This document shows, piece by piece, positions 58,801 through 64,000 of a DNA stretch of 64,000 nt. Below the pieces are notes generated by a model. That model did no database searches. It saw nothing but the letters and a program-made list of their open reading frames with translations, and was not told where the DNA came from. Each line of letters starts with the position of its first letter. Positions within the stretch are counted from its first letter, which is position 1. The stretch comes from an uncultured Prevotellaceae bacterium (GTDB taxonomy: Bacteria > Bacteroidota > Bacteroidia > Bacteroidales > Bacteroidaceae), in assembly GCA_946625675.1 (NCBI GenBank), contig CAMOTI010000155.1, forward strand, positions 3,543 to 67,542, written 5' to 3'. The position numbers and the translations under genes were made by a program.

Positions 58801-58832
58801 CAAATTAATTACATTTTTCTATCTCCACCAAA
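58801..58832 (-). promoter_or_regulatory. near-consensus promoter upstream of the trp leader ORF
   Basis: On the minus strand, TTTG (58829-58832), a 20-nt spacer, then TTAATTTG (58801-58808; one mismatch to TAnnTTTG). The leader ATG is 17 nt downstream. Confidence 0.4.
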
Positions 58833-58942
58833 TTTTTTCTTACTTTTTTTAATTATATACGCAATATTCATGTTTTATGCGCTCCAAACGGTAAAAATGA
58901 CAATTTATCACGATGTTTTTTCAAATAGAATGAATATTTCCC

Positions 58943-58966
58943 GTAGAGACGCCCCGCGGGGCGTCT
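58943..58966 (+). repeat. GTAGAGAC-hairpin family, copy 3 (perfect 20-nt palindrome)
   Basis: gtagagacgccccgcggggcgtct. It sits next to the proS terminator. Confidence 0.8.
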
Positions 58967-58977
58967 TTTTACTAAAA

Positions 58978-59016
58978 AAGGCTCCAGGAAACCCTTTTTG
59001 CGTTTCCTGGAGCCTT
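58978..59016 (-). terminator. rho-independent terminator of proS
   Basis: 15-bp stem AAGGCTCCAGGAAAC / GTTTCCTGGAGCCTT with a 9-nt loop. On the minus strand a T-run (CCTTTTTTAGT) follows. Confidence 0.8.
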
Positions 59017-59097
59017 TCCATATATTCTTATAACTTAATAGACGTCACCTAATACCCAAATTCAAAAAATATCCAAATAAATCGTAAATCGTCAATC

Positions 59098-59175
59098 GGA
59101 AAACTTTGGAGCAGCGAATACAGAGCCAAGCTTGCTTGAGCTATGTTGAGTCGTGACAAAGTTCATGAAATAAAT
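59098..59175 (+). repeat. 78-bp dispersed element, copy C
   Basis: Identical by eye to copy A. It ends 8 nt from the proS stop and lies upstream of the proS terminator, so it should be part of the proS 3' UTR. Confidence 0.92.
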
Positions 59176-59183
59176 AGTAAATA

Positions 59184-60665
59184 CTAATACGCTTTAGCTA
59201 TCAGCACACGGTATTTGGCTTCCTTGCCGCTCACCATGTCGATGCCAGGTGTCTGCTCCACGCCGTAAGGCACGCAGCGGATTGTAGCCTGGGTGTCTTC
59301 CTTGATTTTGGCCTCAGTCTCAGGAGTTCCGTCCCAGTGACACAGGAAGAAACCACCGTCCTTCACGCGCTCCTTGAACTCGTCGTAGTTGTCGCATTCG
59401 TAGATATGGCTGTCGCGGAATGCAACGGCTTTCTGGTAGATGTTGGCTTGGATGTCATCGAGCAGCTTTTTCACGTAGGCTTCGATGCCGTCGAGCGCGA
59501 CGGTATCTTTCTCCAGCGTGTCGCGGCGCATCACCTCAACGGTTCCGTTCTCCATGTCGCGGGCGCCGAGCACAAGCCTTACAGGAACACCCTTCAGCTC
59601 ATAGTCAGCGAACTTGAAGCCAGGACGTTTGTTGTCGGCGTTGTCGTATTTTGCGCTGATGCCCAATGCCTTCAGACCGTTCATAATCTCTGCTGCCTTT
59701 GCGTCGATATGCGATTGCTGCTCGCCAGTCTTGCTGATGGGGATAATCACCACCTGGATTGGTGCCAGGGCAGGCGGCAGCACCAGGCCGTTGTCATCGG
59801 AGTGGGTCATGATGAGAGCACCCATCAGGCGGGTGCTTACGCCCCACGACGTAGCCCATGCGTATTCAGGCTTGTTGTCCTTGTTGAGGAACTGCACGTC
59901 GAACGCCTTGCCGAAGTTCTGCCCAAGGAAGTGGGAGGTGCCGCTCTGCAGTGCCTTTCCGTCTTGCATCATTGCCTCAATCGTGTAGGTGTCAAGCGCA
60001 CCGGCGAAGCGCTCGGTCTCGCTCTTCACGCCCTGAACCACCGGAACGGCCATGTATTTCTCTGCAAATTCTGCATATATCTTCAGCATCAGTTTTGCGC
60101 GGTCTTCAGCTTCCTCGCGGGTGGCATGGGCGGTGTGACCTTCCTGCCAGAGGAATTCGGAGGTACGGAGGAACAGCCTCGTGCGCATCTCCCAGCGCAT
60201 CACATTGCACCACTGGTTGCAAAGGATGGGCAGGTCGCGGTAGGAGCGGATCCAGTTCTTATAGGTGTTCCAGATGATGGTCTCACTTGTAGGACGGATA
60301 ATCAACTCCTCTTCCAGCTTCGCGTTGGGGTCAACCACCACGCCATCGCCTTCGGCATTGGTCTTCAGGCGGTAGTGGGTCACCACGGCGCACTCCTTGG
60401 CAAAACCTTCCACGTGCTCTGCCTCACGGGAGAGGAACGACTTCGGAATCAGCAAGGGGAAATAAGCGTTCTGAACGCCGGTCTCCTTGAACATACCGTC
60501 CAGGATATGCTGCATCTTTTCCCATATCGCATAGCCGTAGGGCTTGATCACCATGCAGCCGCGCACGTCTGACTGCTCGGCCAGGTCGGCTTTCACCACC
60601 AATTGATTATACCACTCTGAGTAGTTTTCGCTGCGCTTTGTCAGCTCTTTCAGTTCTTTTGCCAT
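59184..60665 (-). CDS. proS: proline--tRNA ligase (archaeal/eukaryote-like class II type)
   Basis: 493 aa. N-terminus [17 protein letters not shown], class II motifs, and the characteristic C-terminal tyrosine. Confidence 0.95.
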   Translation of the reverse strand: MAKELKELTKRSENYSEWYNQLVVKADLAEQSDVRGCMVIKPYGYAIWEKMQHILDGMFKETGVQNAYFPLLIPKSFLSREAEHVEGFAKECAVVTHYRLKTNAEGDGVVVDPNAKLEEELIIRPTSETIIWNTYKNWIRSYRDLPILCNQWCNVMRWEMRTRLFLRTSEFLWQEGHTAHATREEAEDRAKLMLKIYAEFAEKYMAVPVVQGVKSETERFAGALDTYTIEAMMQDGKALQSGTSHFLGQNFGKAFDVQFLNKDNKPEYAWATSWGVSTRLMGALIMTHSDDNGLVLPPALAPIQVVIIPISKTGEQQSHIDAKAAEIMNGLKALGISAKYDNADNKRPGFKFADYELKGVPVRLVLGARDMENGTVEVMRRDTLEKDTVALDGIEAYVKKLLDDIQANIYQKAVAFRDSHIYECDNYDEFKERVKDGGFFLCHWDGTPETEAKIKEDTQATIRCVPYGVEQTPGIDMVSGKEAKYRVLIAKAY

Positions 60666-60690
60666 TTTTGTCTTCTTTTCTAATTTTTTG

Positions 60691-60698
60691 CAAATTTA
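60691..60698 (-). promoter_or_regulatory. -7 box TAAATTTG upstream of proS
   Basis: Exact TAnnTTTG on the minus strand, 25 nt upstream of the proS ATG (60665). No -33 element seen. Confidence 0.5.
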
Positions 60699-60846
60699 CA
60701 CAAAAAAATGGACTTACGGGCTTTGATAATGAAGAAATTTGATTTTTGAGGGCTGAAACCTCTTCTTTGGACTGTCTGGTACTTATTTCAGACAGTTGCA
60801 TTCTTCAATTTGTTTCAACATGATGAGGAAGAGCGTCCTCGTTCGA

Positions 60847-60895
60847 AGTAAATAAACTTTTCACTTTTCACTATTCACTATTCACTTTTCACTTG
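60847..60895 (+). repeat. 41-nt dispersed TTCACT element (copy 2) plus extra units, in the divergent proS / ompA-family region
   Basis: agtaaataaacttttcacttttcactattcactattcacttttcactt. Confidence 0.9.
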
Positions 60896-60901
60896 TTTTT
60901 T

Positions 60902-60932
60902 TTTGCAGTACCAACATTTTTTCTTAAATTTG
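60902..60932 (+). promoter_or_regulatory. Bacteroidetes promoter (-33 TTTG, 19-nt spacer, -7 TAAATTTG) for the OmpA-family gene
   Basis: TTTG at 60902-60905 and TAAATTTG at 60925-60932. The ATG at 60981 follows. Confidence 0.65.
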
Positions 60933-60980
60933 CGCCATATTATGTAGTTTTCTAATTATTAACTTAACACATTTTTAATT

Positions 60981-61727
60981 ATGAAAGTATCTAAAATTAG
61001 CATTTTGACACTCGTCGCAGCTATGTTGCTCTCTGCATGTGGCTCGGTTGGAAATCTCAGCAACACAACCAAGGGTGGTGTGATTGGTGGAACCAGTGGT
61101 GCCGCTCTTGGAGCGCTCATCGGAAACGTTACTGCTCCTAAGCACGGAAATAAGACGTCACGCACGCTCTTCGGCACTGCCATCGGTGCTGCAGTTGGTA
61201 CTGGTGCAGGCCTGCTCATCGGCAACAAGATGGACAAGGCTAAGAAAGCAGCTCAGGCTGTGCAGAACGCAAAGGTGGAGACCACTACCGACTCTCACGG
61301 ATATGAGGCTGTGAAGATGACATTCGACTCTGGCATCCTCTTCGCTTCTGGTAAGGCTGACCTCACCGCTGCAGCTAAGTCTTCTCTCGACCAGTTCGCT
61401 CAGAACGTGCTCATCCCTTATCCTGATGTTGATGTCGCTATTCAGGGACACACCGATAACGCTGGATTCAAGGGTGTGAAGGACCCGGCTGTCAACGCAC
61501 AGAAGAACCAGGAACTCTCTCTCAGCCGTGCTGCTTCTGTACAGTCTTATCTGCTCGGTAAGGGCATTCAGGCTTCTCAGATCAAGTATGTGGAGGGCTA
61601 CGGACAGGACTGCCCGGTGGCTGACAACTCCACTGAATATGGAAAGCAGCAGAACCGCCGTGTGGAGGTGTACCTCTATCCGTCGGAGAGCATGATCAAG
61701 GCTGCTGAGGCTGGAACACTCCAATAA
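60981..61727 (+). CDS. OmpA family lipoprotein (glycine-zipper N-region plus OmpA_C peptidoglycan-binding domain)
   Basis: Lipobox LLSAC. Gly-rich GGVIGGTSGAALGALIG. OmpA_C motifs GHTDNAG, LSLSRAASV and NRRVEVYL. Confidence 0.88.
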   Translation: MKVSKISILTLVAAMLLSACGSVGNLSNTTKGGVIGGTSGAALGALIGNVTAPKHGNKTSRTLFGTAIGAAVGTGAGLLIGNKMDKAKKAAQAVQNAKVETTTDSHGYEAVKMTFDSGILFASGKADLTAAAKSSLDQFAQNVLIPYPDVDVAIQGHTDNAGFKGVKDPAVNAQKNQELSLSRAASVQSYLLGKGIQASQIKYVEGYGQDCPVADNSTEYGKQQNRRVEVYLYPSESMIKAAEAGTLQ

Positions 61728-61751
61728 GCCAAGCTGTCAGCAAAAACAAAT

Positions 61752-61787
61752 ATGCCGGGTCCGACATCTTGCCGGGCCCGGCATTTT
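61752..61787 (+). terminator. terminator after the OmpA-family gene
   Basis: ATGCCGGG ... CCCGGCAT stem (with an alternative inner palindrome TGCCGGGCCCGGCA) followed by TTTTG. Confidence 0.6.
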
Positions 61788-61811
61788 GTAGAGACGACCC
61801 GCGGGGCGTCT
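61788..61811 (+). repeat. GTAGAGAC-hairpin family, copy 4
   Basis: gtagagacgacccgcggggcgtct, immediately after the terminator of the OmpA-family gene. Confidence 0.8.
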
Positions 61812-61887
61812 TCTAACTAACCCAAACACCCGTAGGGACTTACTTTATGTATGTCCGCCATACATCCTGATATCATTCTTCCGCCAT

Positions 61888-62625
61888 ATGTCCTCTAAGA
61901 AAAATAAAAATGAGAACAATCGTTCTGTTTTCGGAAAAATATTGCGGTTTTTCCGGAAACTGCTGAAATGGGCGTTCATCCTTTTCTTCGTCTCCTCCGT
62001 CCTGGCAGTCATCGTCTACAGGTGGGTGCCGGTGAAGTATACCCCGCTCATGTTCATCAGATATATGGAGCGGAAAAGCGAAGGTGGATCCCCCCGCATC
62101 GAGCATGAGTGGGTACCGCTGGAAGAGATGTCGCCCAATATGCCGCTTGCCGTATGGGCAAGCGAGGATCAGAATTTCTTCAATCACTGGGGATTCGATT
62201 TCACCGCCATCGGTCAGGCTATACAGGAGGCAGAGGACGGGAAGCGGCAGCGCGGAGCAAGCACCATCTCCCAGCAGGTGGCAAAAAACGTCTTCCTGTG
62301 GCCGAACTCCACATGGGTGAGAAAGGGATTCGAAGTCTATTTCACTCTCCTGATCGAGCTCTTCTGGTCGAAGCAGCGGATCATGGAGGTATATCTCAAC
62401 TCCATCGAGATGGGCGACGGAATCTACGGCGCACAGGCGGTGGCAAGACTCCATTTCAGGACAGATGCCAAACACCTCTCCCGTGAGCAGTGCGCACTCA
62501 TTGCGGCCACGCTGCCCAATCCGCTCCAGCGCAACAGTGCGCGGCCATCACCAAAAGTCTACAGAAAGCAAAAACGCATTCTCCGCCAGATGCGCAATCT
62601 CGGTGCATATCCCTACGACAGATAA
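61888..62625 (+). CDS. mtgA: monofunctional biosynthetic peptidoglycan transglycosylase
   Basis: 245 aa with an N-terminal TM and the GT51 motifs ASEDQNFFNHWGFD and GASTISQQVAKN. Confidence 0.9.
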   Translation: MSSKKNKNENNRSVFGKILRFFRKLLKWAFILFFVSSVLAVIVYRWVPVKYTPLMFIRYMERKSEGGSPRIEHEWVPLEEMSPNMPLAVWASEDQNFFNHWGFDFTAIGQAIQEAEDGKRQRGASTISQQVAKNVFLWPNSTWVRKGFEVYFTLLIELFWSKQRIMEVYLNSIEMGDGIYGAQAVARLHFRTDAKHLSREQCALIAATLPNPLQRNSARPSPKVYRKQKRILRQMRNLGAYPYDR

Positions 62626-62688
62626 CCGGAATCCCTGAAATCCCCGGAAAATCCGGAAAATCCGGAAAATCCGGCACCTTCGGAAAAC
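62626..62688. repeat. 9-bp word array (CCGGAAAAT x3 exact, with degenerate flanks) starting right after the mtgA stop
   Basis: ccggaatcc|ctgaaatcc|ccggaaaat|ccggaaaat|ccggaaaat|ccggcacct|tcggaaaac. Confidence 0.92.
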
Positions 62689-62713
62689 ATAACCTCTATT
62701 ACCCAAAATCTCC

Positions 62714-64000
62714 ATGCTTCAGCAAATCAACGACTTCATCTGGACCTACCTGCTCATCGCACTGCTTATTCTCTGCGGCCTGTGGTTCACGTGGAAAACA
62801 CGCTTCATTCAGTTCCGGATGTTTGCGGAGATGATCCGCCTGCTCAAAGACAGCGGAACGACTGGAAAAGACTCTGCTTCAGACTCAGAGCATGACAATG
62901 ACCCCCAAAAACCGAAAAAGAAGCATATCACATCTTTCCAGGCATTTGCCGTCTCACTGGCCACACGTGTGGGCACTGGCAACATGGCGGGCGTGGCCAC
63001 GGCCATCGCCATCGGAGGGCCGGGGGCTTGTTTCTGGATGTGGGTCATTGCGCTCATGGGGGCGGCTACGGCCTTTGTCGAGTCCACGCTCGCCCAGCTC
63101 TACAAACGGCAGGATAAGGACTCCTTCATCGGCGGACCGGCATACTACATTTATAAAGGACTGCATTCCAAATGGATGGCATGGCTCTTTGCCATCCTCA
63201 TCACAATCACGTTCGGACTCTCCTATAACTCCATTCAGAGCAACACCATCTGCCACGCCATGGAGCATGCTTTCGGATGGAACCACGTCGTGGTGGGCAT
63301 CGTCATCACCATCCTCGCGCTTATCATCGTTTTCGGGGGAATCCAGCGGATTGCAAAGGTCAGTAGCGTCATTGTTCCCATCATGGCGGTGGGATACCTC
63401 CTGCTGGCTCTCTTTGTCATATTCTCCAACATCACAGCCCTGCCTAAGGTGTTCACTGTCATCATCGACAGTGTGTTTGGATGGAATCAGGCCATTGGCG
63501 GAACGGTCGGGGCGGCTATGATGAACGGCATCAAGCGCGGACTCTTCAGCAATGAGGCGGGAGAGGGCAGTGCGCCCAATGTGGCGGCTACGGCCGACGT
63601 CTCGCATCCGGTCAAGCAGGGACTCATACAGGCGCTCGGTGTATTCACCGACACGCTCGTGGTCTGCTCATGCACAGCCTTCATCATCCTCGTCAGCGGA
63701 CTTTATGACTCCCCGGAACTCAACGGCATTCAGCTCACTCAGACTGCACTCCAGAGTGAGGTGGGGCAGGCGGGGCCGGTGTTCGTGGCTGTCGCCATCT
63801 TCCTCTTCGCTTTCTCCAGCATCATCGGCAATTACTACTATGGGGAGGCCAACATCCGATTCATGACATCAAGCAAGTGGGCGGTCCATATCTACCGCGT
63901 CTTCTCAGCGGGTGTGGTCGTCATGTTTGGAGCGCTGGCTTCGCTCGACACGGTATGGACGCTCGGCGATATCTGTATGGCCATTCTCACGCTCGTCAAC
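62714..64000 (+). CDS. alanine/glycine:cation symporter (AGCS family); 3' end outside the window
   Basis: Open frame from the ATG at 62714 to the window edge. MLQQINDFIWTYLLIALLILCGLWFT... and the signature SLATRVGTGNMAGVATAIAIGGPGACFWMW. It is missing from the ORF track because it has no stop in the window. Confidence 0.85.
   Translation, partial: MLQQINDFIWTYLLIALLILCGLWFTWKTRFIQFRMFAEMIRLLKDSGTTGKDSASDSEHDNDPQKPKKKHITSFQAFAVSLATRVGTGNMAGVATAIAIGGPGACFWMWVIALMGAATAFVESTLAQLYKRQDKDSFIGGPAYYIYKGLHSKWMAWLFAILITITFGLSYNSIQSNTICHAMEHAFGWNHVVVGIVITILALIIVFGGIQRIAKVSSVIVPIMAVGYLLLALFVIFSNITALPKVFTVIIDSVFGWNQAIGGTVGAAMMNGIKRGLFSNEAGEGSAPNVAATADVSHPVKQGLIQALGVFTDTLVVCSCTAFIILVSGLYDSPELNGIQLTQTALQSEVGQAGPVFVAVAIFLFAFSSIIGNYYYGEANIRFMTSSKWAVHIYRVFSAGVVVMFGALASLDTVWTLGDICMAILTLVN

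Noticed and set aside
58577-59183. A T-box or other known riboswitch in the region upstream of trpB
   Set aside because: No T-box specifier/T-box sequence or other riboswitch core is recognisable by eye. T-box elements are also uncommon in Bacteroidetes. The leader-peptide model fits better.
62490-62834. 114-aa ORF spanning the mtgA 3' end, the CCGGAAAAT array and the symporter 5' end
   Set aside because: It overlaps two well-supported genes in other frames. Its middle (GKSGKSGKSG) is just the repeat array translated.

Overview
This looks like a Bacteroidales chromosome segment. The protein families, the lipoprotein signal peptides and the TAnnTTTG promoter boxes fit a Prevotella/Segatella-like genome, but the taxon is only an inference. 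I call about 49 protein genes. I recognised no rRNA, tRNA, CRISPR array, transposase or integrase. From left to right the window holds: (1) the 3' end of thyA followed by folA; (2) a long minus-strand run with a Dcu-type C4-dicarboxylate transporter, a cytidylate-kinase-like protein, a MATE exporter, an S9/DPP-IV peptidase, a PD40/CxxCH lipoprotein and a large DUF6057-like membrane protein; (3) a nuclease-centred surface locus (11.5-23.1 kb) with a TonB-dependent barrel, lipoproteins built from OB-like repeats that share one C-terminal module, a NUC-family and an EEP-family nuclease, and an 879-aa protein with a dockerin-like tail; (4) clpB; (5) a Wzx/Wzy-type polysaccharide locus of about 17 kb with Wza, Wzz, Wzi, four GT2 enzymes, two TupA-like ATP-grasp enzymes, a GH16 and a methyltransferase; (6) yraN; (7) a hypothetical gene, a PEKPE-repeat protein, zapA and rny; (8) an SGNH + MBOAT acyltransferase pair; (9) a complete trp operon ordered trpB-E-G-D-C-F-A, preceded by a candidate Trp-codon leader peptide and an attenuator hairpin; (10) proS, an OmpA-family lipoprotein, mtgA and the start of an alanine:cation symporter. 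The two most unusual observations are these. First, the nuclease/OB/TonB locus is a candidate system for capturing and importing extracellular nucleic acid. Second, the spacers have a striking architecture: most spacers longer than 60 bp hold degenerate short-period word arrays (often an exact 9-bp register), 89-94-bp tandem arrays, a 78-bp element present three times, a 41-nt element present twice, and a conserved palindromic hairpin present four times. Every function given here is inferred by eye from motifs. No database search was run.
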